64,000 nucleotides of DNA from an uncultured Leptospirales bacterium (GTDB lineage Bacteria > Spirochaetota > UBA4802 > JAKQUI01), in the NCBI GenBank assembly GCA_964652955.1, contig CAZZCF010000004.1, forward strand, positions 12,514-76,513. The letters are read 5' to 3'. Every line of letters begins with the position of its first letter. Within the stretch, counting starts at the first letter, position 1. This document shows, in pieces, positions 20,286 to 29,342 of this stretch. The notes under the pieces are model-generated. The model made no database searches and had not been told where the DNA came from. It saw only the letters and a list, made by a program, of their open reading frames with translations. Position numbers and translations under genes: made by a program.

Positions 20286-20561
20286 TTAAATGATTATCTC
20301 AAGGATATGCAAGAGTTTTTCCATTATCTTCCCGGTTTCTCTTTCAAATATGCTCATAGTGCCAGAGGCTTCACTTCCAGTCTCATTGACGACATCGGTT
20401 ATTCCTCTGATGATATAACATTTGATATTGTTCTTCATTGATATATGGGCAATAGCATTTGATTCCCAATGCCCGGCAGGAGCATTATATTTATTGATTA
20501 AGAGAGTACCATGTGCCGGTAGAATATCCTGATCGGCAGATGCACTAGTGCCTGTTTTCAT
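20286..20561 (-). pseudogene. C-terminal remnant of 5'-methylthioadenosine/S-adenosylhomocysteine nucleosidase (PNP_UDP_1 family)
   Basis: 91-aa ORF; HWESNAIAHISMKNNIKCYIIRGITDVVNE aligns with MtnN C-terminus [30 protein letters not shown]. The ~140 N-terminal residues are absent. Only ~110 bp separate it from the divergent TetR gene, so the gene is truncated. Confidence 0.55.
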
Positions 20562-20671
20562 ACCAGGGCTTGTGGAGGTTGATAGCGGTATTCTGCAATT
20601 TTTTTATTGACAGCTCTCACCGGTTGTTTTTAATGAATAAATTAACAATAAATTCATTTGTTCATTAAACA

Positions 20672-21253
20672 ATGAGAAAGAAAAAAGACGCTGCAAAGAT
20701 ATACGAGACCGCGGTAAAGGTATTTGCCCGGTACGGCTATAAAAAGGCAACCCTGGAGGATATTGCAGGGGAGCTCAACATGACCAAGAGCAATCTCTAT
20801 CTCTATGTCAGGAGCAAGGAGGATCTCTACGAACAGTCGGTGAAGTATGCGTTGACGAAATGGCAGAACAGGGTCGCCAGAAATATAAGAAGCGAGGAAG
20901 ATGTTATTGAGCAGTTTACGGTACTCTGCACCAGCGCCTTTGAATATCTTGCCCGGGACAGGGATCTGAGAAGCATTCTGATAAATGATCCCACCATCTT
21001 TACCATATCGCCGAAAGAGGATCGCTTTAAGGAGATAAACGACGCGTCAATTGCAATGTTGAGAAGCATTTTAACGAGAGGGAAAAAAGAAAAAAAATTC
21101 CGTACCATTGATGTGGATCATGCTGCCGAAGTGCTCTTTTCCATATACGTTATGTTCATCATTAAGGCGTATGTAAAATCGGAGGGGAGATCGACAAGAA
21201 AGCTCTTTAATGAAATGCTGGATATCGTTTTACGGGGACTCATTAATCCATAA
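20672..21253 (+). CDS. TetR/AcrR-family transcriptional regulator
   Basis: N-terminal HTH region AAKIYETAVKVFARYGYKKATLEDIAGELNMTKSNLYLYV is typical of TetR_N. Confidence 0.85.
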   Translation: MRKKKDAAKIYETAVKVFARYGYKKATLEDIAGELNMTKSNLYLYVRSKEDLYEQSVKYALTKWQNRVARNIRSEEDVIEQFTVLCTSAFEYLARDRDLRSILINDPTIFTISPKEDRFKEINDASIAMLRSILTRGKKEKKFRTIDVDHAAEVLFSIYVMFIIKAYVKSEGRSTRKLFNEMLDIVLRGLINP

Positions 21254-21281
21254 TGTTACATTGTCAGAAGGAGGTACTTCA

Positions 21282-21683
21282 ATGTCCGACACGATTATCT
21301 ACTTGAGCAATGAGTGGCGGGATGAAGCGGAAAAACGGCTGAAAAGCGAGCTTACTCCCGAGCGGATGAACCGTATCACATCATCCATGTCGAATATATA
21401 TCAGAACTGTCCGGACGGATCGGAAAAGTTTCTGTTTATTAAATTCGAGAATGGGGAGCTTGCTGAAATAGCAGTCGGTTCAGGGGAGCCGCCCAAAGCT
21501 GAGTTCCGAATAACCGGTGATTATCAGGTTTTTGCCCAGATATCGAGAGCGGAGCTCGGAGCGCAGAAGGCGCTCATGACGGGGAAATTGAAACTGAAGG
21601 GGAATATGGTGAAAGCCCTGAAGCTGGCATCGGTCGCCGACCGGATAAACAAGGTTTTCGCAACAATTCCCGCGAAATACTGA
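21282..21683 (+). CDS. SCP-2 sterol-transfer-domain protein
   Basis: GAAGGAGG RBS then ATG at 21282. ALMTGKLKLKGNMVKALKL is the SCP2 C-terminal signature. Confidence 0.7.
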   Translation: MSDTIIYLSNEWRDEAEKRLKSELTPERMNRITSSMSNIYQNCPDGSEKFLFIKFENGELAEIAVGSGEPPKAEFRITGDYQVFAQISRAELGAQKALMTGKLKLKGNMVKALKLASVADRINKVFATIPAKY

Positions 21684-21695
21684 AAGGAGAGGTAT

Positions 21696-22919
21696 GTGAT
21701 GACTGCACAGAAAAGGGATCCCTATTTCATAGACTTTCCGCAACGTATTGAGAATATTCAGAAGGAGATGCGCACGGAGAATCTGGATGTGTACCTTGGC
21801 TCCCGGCTCAGAACGCTTTCATGGACGCTGGATGTGTTCTGCCCCTGGCGGAGCTTTGTCGTTATTCCACAGGAGGGGCTCCCCACGGCATTTACCTTCG
21901 TTATCGACGCGGCACGAGTGGCACACGACTCATGGCTCGACGAAGACCATGTGATGGGATTTGCTCCGATGGGTGGGCAGGATCAGATTGAGCAGATTGC
22001 CGATTTCATCACGGAGTTGCTTCCGCAGGGGAAGGGGAGAGTCGGCATCGAGAGCGGCATGTCCAATTATCTTCCCGAGGGATTTCTCACGCACTATGAA
22101 TACGAGCAGTACCGTGATGCTCTGCCTGATGCCGAATTGGTGAACGCCCATACCATCGTTGACCGGCTGGCTCTGATAAAGGATGCGGGGACCATTAACC
22201 GGTTTCGCGAGGCGTCGCGGATCGTCGATGAAGGTCACCGGGCCGTTTTCGAGGCGCTCTCCAACGGGGGGTACAAGGGGATGACCGAAACGGTGATTGC
22301 CGGCATTGCGGCGCTGGCCATGCGCAAAGAGGGGAGTGAATGGGAGTGGTCATTCACCGGCGGCAATGAGATTGCGAGCGGCTACCGGACCGGTTTTGCA
22401 GGCGGCGCGTGCACGCCTCCCACGAGAAAGGTGGTTCAGGAGGGCGAGCCGCTGCTGATAGATATTCACGCGATGTTCGGGCTGTGCCTCGGTGATCACT
22501 CGCACAACTATTTCATCGGCCGCGCAACGGACCGCCAGTGGTGGCATGCGAACAACTTTATCGATATTGTCACGCTCACGCTCAAGACGTACCGTCCCGG
22601 CATCACACCGTCGAAGCTCGCCGAGGAGATGATAGGCTTTGCCATCGAGCGGGGATTTGCCGATTACATGGTGCCCGGCTTTGAGCACGGTATCGGGATG
22701 CTGGGGGACGAGTGGCGTATCGGCCTCAATGACGGTCCTTTCCCCTACTGGACAAATCCGGATCACGTCTATCAGAAGGATGAGGTGCTCATCTGCGCCA
22801 TGCAGTATGCCTGCCCGGAGGAGAATATCGGTTTCAGGTATGAGAATCCCATCGTGATTACCGGGGATGGTTGCGAGGAGCTCTCGAAGTATCCCCTGGG
22901 GGTGGAAGAGATAGTTTAG
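21696..22919 (+). CDS. M24-family metallopeptidase (creatinase/prolidase-like), paralog of 6839..8065
   Basis: Creatinase_N-like N-terminal half. C-terminal metal-ligand region GFEHGIGMLGDE...ICAMQYACPEENIGFRYENPIVITGDG. Confidence 0.75.
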   Translation: MMTAQKRDPYFIDFPQRIENIQKEMRTENLDVYLGSRLRTLSWTLDVFCPWRSFVVIPQEGLPTAFTFVIDAARVAHDSWLDEDHVMGFAPMGGQDQIEQIADFITELLPQGKGRVGIESGMSNYLPEGFLTHYEYEQYRDALPDAELVNAHTIVDRLALIKDAGTINRFREASRIVDEGHRAVFEALSNGGYKGMTETVIAGIAALAMRKEGSEWEWSFTGGNEIASGYRTGFAGGACTPPTRKVVQEGEPLLIDIHAMFGLCLGDHSHNYFIGRATDRQWWHANNFIDIVTLTLKTYRPGITPSKLAEEMIGFAIERGFADYMVPGFEHGIGMLGDEWRIGLNDGPFPYWTNPDHVYQKDEVLICAMQYACPEENIGFRYENPIVITGDGCEELSKYPLGVEEIV

Positions 22920-23071
22920 GACAGGAGTGGTGAAGCACGTCATCTTGATGAAAGATGGCAATTATCTGGTCAAAATCAATGATGGTGTTTTTCACGCACT
23001 TTGTCTTCTACTATCTTTTTATACTCTTTTGAGAGATTGCCCTCTCAGCTTTCGTATTTTCCGAATAGGTC

Positions 23072-23224
23072 TTACCCGCGATCGGAGGGAGATTGCTTTT
23101 CCTGATACTTGTCGAGATATAAGGTGAGTGCGTTCTTGATGACTTCGGATTTAGACTTATTTTCATCACTGGCAATCCGGGCCAGCTTCTCTTCCATTTC
23201 GGGAGATAATCTTATTGAAATCAT
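23072..23224 (-). CDS. ribbon-helix-helix (CopG/ParD-like) DNA-binding protein, orphan antitoxin-like
   Basis: MISIRLSPEMEEKLARIASDENKSKSEVIKNALTLYL fits an RHH beta-strand followed by two helices. No toxin-sized ORF follows it; the 150 bp downstream has stops in all three frames. Confidence 0.6.
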   Translation of the reverse strand: MISIRLSPEMEEKLARIASDENKSKSEVIKNALTLYLDKYQEKQSPSDRG

Positions 23225-23545
23225 AATACACCCCCATTCATAATGCATAGTGTAATACATAATTGAAGGGATGTCAATGATAATGCGTATTGTTGATTGA
23301 GTCAGTTTCAGGTATTTTTTTTACTGTTCGAAAGTCTCAAATGTCGTGCTCATGATAGCAAACGGAACTATGGTTTTGCTTTTTTACTGTTTCATACAAA
23401 TCTCTTCAGCTCTTTATTTCTGCAGTGAGAGTGAGTATTTGTTTTTAAGTAAAGTCAAGTGTTCTCTCATTCCTGTTGCGTTGGAATAGAATTCCGATAT
23501 AGCGGGATTGGTGGTTATGATAGTTCTTTTGAGAGATAGCAATCA

Positions 23546-23582
23546 GTAAAAGATGAGCCGCATCGGAAAAGATGCGGCTCAT
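23546..23582 (-). terminator. intrinsic terminator hairpin (perfect 12-bp stem, 6-nt loop, U-rich tail on minus strand)
   Basis: atgagccgcatc (23553-23564) and gatgcggctcat (23571-23582) are exact reverse complements. On the minus-strand transcript they are followed by CUUUUACU. Lies immediately 3' of the GyrI-like fragment. Confidence 0.6.
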
Positions 23583-23586
23583 ACCG

Positions 23587-23787
23587 TTATAATGGCTTAA
23601 CCGGAATGCAGATATCCACAATATGTTTCTGCTTGGGGTGCTCCTTCGGATCGTTGAGACATATCTCGAAGCAGGGGCGATCGTCCGGCTGATAACCGCT
23701 CCCCGGGAGCCATTCTCCATATAAGCCATTCCAGGCGTCGGGGTATCGTTCCTGCAAGAGGTTATTGATCTGACAAAGAATTATCAC
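23587..23787 (-). pseudogene. C-terminal fragment of a GyrI-like small-molecule-binding domain protein
   Basis: YPDAWNGLYGEWLPGSGYQPDDRPCFEICLNDPKEHP matches the C-terminal consensus of GyrI-like/AraC effector-binding domains (..W..LY.EWLP.SGY......P.FE.YLNDP.E.P). The frame is closed by a stop 9 codons upstream and all upstream frames are stop-rich, so the N-terminal ~90 aa are missing. Confidence 0.5.
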
Positions 23788-23930
23788 TGAGTGATACAGA
23801 CAGGCATTTGCTCACACATGCTGTGGAGAGGGCGAATTGCGGGTATTATGCAATGTCCACTTAATGAATCATCTGTCGTTTTAGAGAGGGTTACTCCTCT
23901 CCCGGTTGATTCTGTTTACGTTTCCTGCCT

Positions 23931-24278
23931 CTACAGTGTCTTCAGGCGCTCTAAGGTAATTTCAGCAACCTTTTTATTTTTTTCGAAGTGACGCTCCATG
24001 CGTTGTATCAGTCCCTTCTGCTTTTCTTTATCGTTTAGATAATAATCATTTTCCATGAACTGTTTGACCCAGCGAATGTTCGCTTCCACCTCCTCGGGGA
24101 TTCGCTCTGAGTCGTGACGGACCGCATCCTCCGGACACACATCATGGCAAACACCGCATCGTATGCATGCTATTTCATCTATGACCGCAGCGTTTTCATC
24201 CATTGTAATAGCACCGACAGTGCATTCATCGACGCATACTTCGCATCCGCTACACATATCTCTATTTACCCATGGCAT
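23931..24278 (-). CDS. 2[4Fe-4S] ferredoxin-domain protein with C-terminal extension
   Basis: CSGCEVCVDEC and CIRCGVCHDVCP cluster motifs in the first 50 aa, then ~60 aa of charged, helical-looking sequence. Confidence 0.75.
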   Translation of the reverse strand: MPWVNRDMCSGCEVCVDECTVGAITMDENAAVIDEIACIRCGVCHDVCPEDAVRHDSERIPEEVEANIRWVKQFMENDYYLNDKEKQKGLIQRMERHFEKNKKVAEITLERLKTL

Positions 24279-24455
24279 TGATATTCCTCCTCTGTGCTTT
24301 TTACATTTTTCATAAATACCCCCGAGCAGATCGTTTCCACAATTGGGTGTATGAAGGATAATACTATTGTATTCATGACCGTTTTACAAAACATGCTCAA
24401 TGTCGGCAACAAAATTCCCCGAAGAAGTTGGCCTTTTTTTTGCTTATCATGTCAG

Positions 24456-24857
24456 CTAATTCTCTTCGGGAATGCTCTCTTTATACATATTTCTGAGCAG
24501 CTTCAACCCCTCGGCGCGTATCCTCCATGAGATGAGCTTCTCGTTCTGAAGGGAGACGAAGTGGGCGCCTGCTCCCGAGAGGTTGAGCTCCGCACTCAGG
24601 ATTTTTTTGCCGGAGCGGTAAAAAAAGATACTCCCCGTGTAGCCACACCTGTAGAGGGATGCGCTCTCGGTTCCGGTAAAGGATTTGCCGAGCAGCAGCA
24701 CCTTTTTCCTGTCGGTAACGGTGAGAGACCGTCGAAGCGCTCCTCCCTTCGCCCTGCCGTAGAAAACGATATCAACCCTGTCGGCCGTAATGATCTCTTG
24801 GGTGTTGCACGAGAAGGGAAATAGTGAAAAAATAATAAGGAGGGATAAATATTTCAT
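24456..24857 (-). CDS. hypothetical lipoprotein / secreted protein
   Basis: N-terminal MKYLSLLIIFSLFPFSCNTQ with a lipobox-like FSC. No known domain. Confidence 0.45.
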   Translation of the reverse strand: MKYLSLLIIFSLFPFSCNTQEIITADRVDIVFYGRAKGGALRRSLTVTDRKKVLLLGKSFTGTESASLYRCGYTGSIFFYRSGKKILSAELNLSGAGAHFVSLQNEKLISWRIRAEGLKLLRNMYKESIPEEN

Positions 24858-25192
24858 GGCATTTTTGCTCCGAAATTTATATTTTTATTATAAGACGCAT
24901 TCTGTTGATAACAGGAGAATCGCGTTTGAAGCAGTGCTCGCTGAGTGCATGAGATGAGAAAGAGGGTTGGGAAACTGTAGGGGATGTGTACGAAAAGAGA
25001 GCTTTTCCAATATGCCTGATCAGAAATAGTGCCATCATCATCTACCATACCCGTTACGTGAAATTGTAAATGGCAGTAAAGAAATGTACAAGACTATTAT
25101 ACGCGTCTAACCTCATTAATCCTTTTAGAGGTGATGATTAAAAAATTTAGCTGAATGCTTGGCTATTCAGTGCTAATAGGTGATAAGGGAAT

Positions 25193-25885
25193 ATGGTACT
25201 CTTTCAGAAGCCCGCAATAAGTGAGCCCGAGCAATGTCCCTATCTTGCCGGCAGGGAGCTCACTTATGAATATTTTCTTGCCAGGGATCTCGATGAGAGT
25301 GAATTAAATGAATTTCTCTCCCGGGGATGGAGGAAATTCGGGTATTACTACTTCAGGCCGGCATGCGAGGGGTGTTCTCAGTGCGCCCCGATACGAATTC
25401 TTGTCGATAGGTTCACTCCTTCGAAGAATCAGAAGAAGATCATGAGAAAGGGGAGGGATATCAGCGTTCGATTCGGCACGCTCAGGTATACGGAGGAGAT
25501 ATACGATATATATCGTGATCACTCAAAACACCGCTTCGGCAATGAAGCCCTGAAGGAGGAGTTCATCTTTAATTTCTATTTGCCGTCCTGCCCCTCCCTG
25601 CAGTCTGAGTATTATCTGGATGGGACGCTCGTCGCCGTGGGTTTCCTCGACAGAACCAGTGAATCGTTGAGCAGTGTCTATTTTATATACCGGAGTGGAT
25701 TTGATCGCTATAGCCTTGGTACCCTGGGCGTTATCAGGGAGATAGCCTACGCCCGCGTGTTGAATCTCAAGTATTACTATCTCGGGTATTATGTTGCGGG
25801 TAATCATTTTATGGCGTATAAGAGCAGATTCAAACCCTCTGAGGAATATGATTGGGAAAAGAATGAATGGCAGGTACGAGTCTAA
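25193..25885 (+). CDS. bpt: bacterial arginyl-tRNA--protein-transferase-family leucyltransferase Bpt (acts on N-terminal Asp/Glu)
   Basis: 230 aa. ATE_N Cys cluster CPYLAG...CEGCSQCAPIR and ATE_C region GYYVAGNHFMAYKSRFKP are characteristic of bacterial Bpt. Confidence 0.8.
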   Translation: MVLFQKPAISEPEQCPYLAGRELTYEYFLARDLDESELNEFLSRGWRKFGYYYFRPACEGCSQCAPIRILVDRFTPSKNQKKIMRKGRDISVRFGTLRYTEEIYDIYRDHSKHRFGNEALKEEFIFNFYLPSCPSLQSEYYLDGTLVAVGFLDRTSESLSSVYFIYRSGFDRYSLGTLGVIREIAYARVLNLKYYYLGYYVAGNHFMAYKSRFKPSEEYDWEKNEWQVRV

Positions 25886-26055
25886 AAAAAAATTGAAATA
25901 TATTGCAGAATTATACAATATAATTGTTGAAGGATATGGGATTTTCTCATCCAACGGTAAAAAGGGCGAAGATACAACGTCATGTTTTTCTGAGAAAGTA
26001 TTGTACGGGTAGGAATTCTTTCAGCGATTCGAGGAAAGTGCAGGGATGATAAGAT

Positions 26056-26376
26056 ATGCCTCAGGAACATGATGATAACATCTTTGATGGCGAATTACAG
26101 GTTGATTCCGAGCAGGAAGTTGATGAACCGAGAATGTATAAGGTTCTTCTCCATAATGATCATTATACGACCATGGATTTTGTCGTGGAGGTGATCATAA
26201 AGGTGTTTCGGAAAACCGCAGCCGACGCAACCAGGCTGATGCTTGAGGTGCATAACAGGGGGAAGAGCATCTGTGGTGTGTATACCTACGACATCGCGGT
26301 CACCAAAGCGGCACAGGTGCATCTCATGGCCAAGCAGAGAGGGTTTCCGTTGAAATGCAGTTATGAAGAGGCGTAA
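26056..26376 (+). CDS. clpS: ATP-dependent Clp protease adaptor ClpS
   Basis: MYKVLLHNDHYTTMDFVVEVIIKVF...TRLMLEVHNRGKSICGVYTYDIAVTKAAQV matches the ClpS core; stop lies 2 bp before clpA. Confidence 0.85.
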   Translation: MPQEHDDNIFDGELQVDSEQEVDEPRMYKVLLHNDHYTTMDFVVEVIIKVFRKTAADATRLMLEVHNRGKSICGVYTYDIAVTKAAQVHLMAKQRGFPLKCSYEEA

Positions 26377-26378
26377 TC

Positions 26379-28646
26379 ATGGAAATACAAGATGAACTGA
26401 ATCAGATCCTCACCGCCTCGTACAATGAGGCGAAAAACCGGCGTCATGAGTATCTGACACCGGAGCATGTTCTCTTTTCGTCGCTCTTTTTTCAGAGCGG
26501 CATCGAAATCATTGAGAACTGCGGCGGCGATGTTAATCGGTTAAAGCAGGAACTGGAGCGATTCTTCGAGAAACAGTTCGTGCCGGTACCCGAGGACATT
26601 GAGCCGGTACAATCGCTCGGCTTTCAGAATGTTATGGAGCGGGCTATCTTTCATATCACCTCGGCGCAGAAAGATGTGCTTGAGCTGGGTGATGTATATA
26701 TTTCGATATTTGATGAAAAGGAATCCCATGCGGCCTATTTTCTGAGCAGGGAGGGGATTACCCGACTCGACCTTCTCAATTATATCTCTCACGGTGTTTC
26801 GATTATTCCCGATCAGACCTTCCGCGCTTTTGACGATGATCTGGACGAGCTCCAGGAAGATACGCAGCGAACGGATCGACGGAGCGATAAAAAGAAACGG
26901 GTTCTGCAGCTCTTCACCTCCGAGTTGACCGAGCGGGCCCGACAGGGTGAGCTGGAGCCGCTCATCGGGCGGGAGGATATCCTTGAACGGACGATGCAGG
27001 TGCTATGCCGGCGGTTCAAGAATAACCCCATTCATGTCGGGGAGGCGGGAGTCGGGAAAACGGCGCTCACCGAGGGGCTGGCGCAGCTCATCGCTCGGGA
27101 TGCCGTTCCCAAGCCTATCAGGAATTTCAAGATATATTCACTTGACATGGGAGCGCTGCTTGCCGGGACGAAATACCGGGGCGATTTTGAGGAGCGATTG
27201 AAGAGAGTTATCAATGAGCTCCAGGAAGATACAGGTGTCATACTCTTCATTGATGAGATCCACACGGTCGTTGGCGCTGGTGCCGTATCCGGCGGCTCCA
27301 TGGATGCCTCCAACATATTAAAACCGGCGCTGGCGACGGGCAAGCTTCGCTGTATCGGCTCAACCACCTATGAGGAGTACCGGAAGTTTTTTGACAAGGA
27401 TCGGGCGCTCTCCAGGCGGTTTCAGAAGATCGAGGTGCCGGAACCGTCCATCGAGGAGACCGTGGAGATTCTCAAAGGGCTCAAGGACAAGTACGAGTCG
27501 TACCATGAGGTTGTTTACACCGAGGAGGCGGTTCGAGCTGCTGCCGAACTCTCGGATAAGTATATCAACGATCGCCACCTTCCCGACAAGGCTATCGATG
27601 TCATCGATGAGGCGGGTGCCCTCACCCGAATGAACAGCGATGACGATGAGGTCAAGATAATCGAAGAGCGGGATATTGAGCGGGTCGTTGCCAGGATAGC
27701 AAAGATTCCCGAGAAGAGCGTCACCGCTTCCGAGGTTGAGAAGCTGAAGGATCTTGAGGCCGAATTGAAGCAGCAGCTCTTCGGTCAGGATCAGGCGGTG
27801 GAGATAGTCGCGGAAGCGATCAAGCGCTCCCGTGCCGGATTCCATGAGCAGGATAAACCGATAGCGTCATTTCTCTTCGTGGGGCCCACCGGCGTAGGCA
27901 AGACCGAGCTGGCCCGGCAGCTCGCCGCAATTCTCGGGGTCACCCTCCATCGATACGATATGAGTGAGTATCAGGAGAAACACACCGTTGCGCGGCTTAT
28001 CGGCGCGCCGCCCGGTTATGTCGGCTACGAGGAGGGGGGGCTCCTGACCGAAGCGATCAGGAAAACACCGCATGCGGTTCTCCTCCTGGATGAGATTGAA
28101 AAGGCGCATGCTGATATCTTCAACACCCTCCTGCAGGTGCTCGATTACGCCACGCTGACCGACAATACCGGAAAGAAGGCGGATTTCAGAAATGTCATCA
28201 TTATCATGACCTCGAATGCCGGTGCGCGCGAGATCGGGAGACTGCAGGTGGGATTCGGTGATCGATCCATCTCCGATAATGCGATCAAGGAGGCCATTGA
28301 GCGGTTCTTCTCCCCCGAGTTCAGAAACCGTCTCGATGCAATCGTGAATTTCAACAATCTCGGCGAGGAGATTGTGCTGCAGATTGTGAAGAAGCAGGTT
28401 CGGGAGTTTGCGGAACAGCTTGCTGAGAAGAATATCACCCTGGAAGTCACCGAGGAGTGTTATGCGTGGCTTGCCCGGAAGGGATACTCTCCGGTGTTCG
28501 GCGCGCGTGAGGTAGCCCGGCTTATCAAGGATAAGATAAAAAAACCCTTTGTCAACGAGGTTCTCTTCGGTAAGCTGAAAGAGGGTGGTACGGCACAGGC
28601 GGTTGTTCAGGATGATGATGTGCACGTTGAGATAAAGACCTCGTAG
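26379..28646 (+). CDS. clpA: ATP-dependent Clp protease ATP-binding subunit ClpA
   Basis: 755 aa. Clp_N repeats; two AAA+ modules with Walker A GEAGVGKT and GPTGVGKT; Walker B ILFIDEIH and LLLDEIEKAH; sensor/ClpB_D2-small region. Confidence 0.9.
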   Translation: MEIQDELNQILTASYNEAKNRRHEYLTPEHVLFSSLFFQSGIEIIENCGGDVNRLKQELERFFEKQFVPVPEDIEPVQSLGFQNVMERAIFHITSAQKDVLELGDVYISIFDEKESHAAYFLSREGITRLDLLNYISHGVSIIPDQTFRAFDDDLDELQEDTQRTDRRSDKKKRVLQLFTSELTERARQGELEPLIGREDILERTMQVLCRRFKNNPIHVGEAGVGKTALTEGLAQLIARDAVPKPIRNFKIYSLDMGALLAGTKYRGDFEERLKRVINELQEDTGVILFIDEIHTVVGAGAVSGGSMDASNILKPALATGKLRCIGSTTYEEYRKFFDKDRALSRRFQKIEVPEPSIEETVEILKGLKDKYESYHEVVYTEEAVRAAAELSDKYINDRHLPDKAIDVIDEAGALTRMNSDDDEVKIIEERDIERVVARIAKIPEKSVTASEVEKLKDLEAELKQQLFGQDQAVEIVAEAIKRSRAGFHEQDKPIASFLFVGPTGVGKTELARQLAAILGVTLHRYDMSEYQEKHTVARLIGAPPGYVGYEEGGLLTEAIRKTPHAVLLLDEIEKAHADIFNTLLQVLDYATLTDNTGKKADFRNVIIIMTSNAGAREIGRLQVGFGDRSISDNAIKEAIERFFSPEFRNRLDAIVNFNNLGEEIVLQIVKKQVREFAEQLAEKNITLEVTEECYAWLARKGYSPVFGAREVARLIKDKIKKPFVNEVLFGKLKEGGTAQAVVQDDDVHVEIKTS

Positions 28647-28649
28647 CCG

Positions 28650-29342
28650 ATGCCCATCTTTCAGTTAAACAGCGAGATAGCCTTCCCCCCCGTTGAGCTT
28701 ACCTCTGAGATAGGAATTCTCGCAATCGGCGGTGATCTCTCGCCGGAGAGACTCCTGCTGGGTTATCAGAACGGTATATTCCCCTGGTATTCGGAGGGAG
28801 AGCCGATTCTCTGGTGGAGTCCCGATCCGCGATTTGTTCTCTTTCCGGATGAGCTGAGAATCTCCCGCAGTATGAGAAAGGTTTTGCTGAAGAATCTCTT
28901 TTCGTTTACCTTCGACCGGGATTTCAGGAGGGTGATGTTTGAATGCAGCCGGCCCCGGAAGGATCAGCCGGGCACCTGGATCACGCCGGAGATGCTCGAT
29001 GCATACTGTGCTCTGCATGAGATGGGGTATGCACATTCCATCGAGGTCTGGCAGGATAATGAGCTCGCGGGAGGACTGTACGGAGTCTCCCTGGGAAGGT
29101 GCTTCTTTGCCGAGTCGATGTTTACCCGTATCGATAATGCTTCGAAGGCGGCCCTTATCATTATCACCGAAAAGCTCAGGGATAAGGGATGTATGATTAT
29201 CGATTGCCAGGTCTACACGAGGCATGTCGAGACCTTCGGTGCCCGTGATATACCGCGATCACAGTTCAGGGAGGTACTCTCGCATGCGCTGCGGTTTGAA
29301 ACCTGCCGCGGGAACTGGGGGGAGATGGCGCTCTTCGGATGA
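28650..29342 (+). CDS. aat: leucyl/phenylalanyl-tRNA--protein transferase Aat
   Basis: LLGYQNGIFPWYSEGEPILWWSPDPRFVLFPDELRISRS and HSIEVWQDNELAGGLYGVSLGRCFFAESMF match the L/F-transferase family. Confidence 0.85.
   Translation: MPIFQLNSEIAFPPVELTSEIGILAIGGDLSPERLLLGYQNGIFPWYSEGEPILWWSPDPRFVLFPDELRISRSMRKVLLKNLFSFTFDRDFRRVMFECSRPRKDQPGTWITPEMLDAYCALHEMGYAHSIEVWQDNELAGGLYGVSLGRCFFAESMFTRIDNASKAALIIITEKLRDKGCMIIDCQVYTRHVETFGARDIPRSQFREVLSHALRFETCRGNWGEMALFG

Noticed and set aside
20115-20441. 108-aa plus-strand ORF overlapping the MTA-nucleosidase remnant
   Set aside because: No similarity to anything; the minus-strand frame shows clear nucleosidase homology. Likely spurious.
22350-22961. 203-aa minus-strand ORF inside the second M24 peptidase gene
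   Set aside because: Antisense shadow of a well-supported plus-strand gene; no motifs.
22920-23071. Possible toxin gene downstream of the RHH antitoxin-like gene
   Set aside because: All three minus-strand frames in the 150 bp between the RHH stop and the M24 gene end contain early stops. No toxin-sized ORF exists.
27867-28625. 252-aa minus-strand ORF antisense to clpA, and several smaller ones (26541..27845)
   Set aside because: clpA is unambiguous on the plus strand; these are shadow ORFs.
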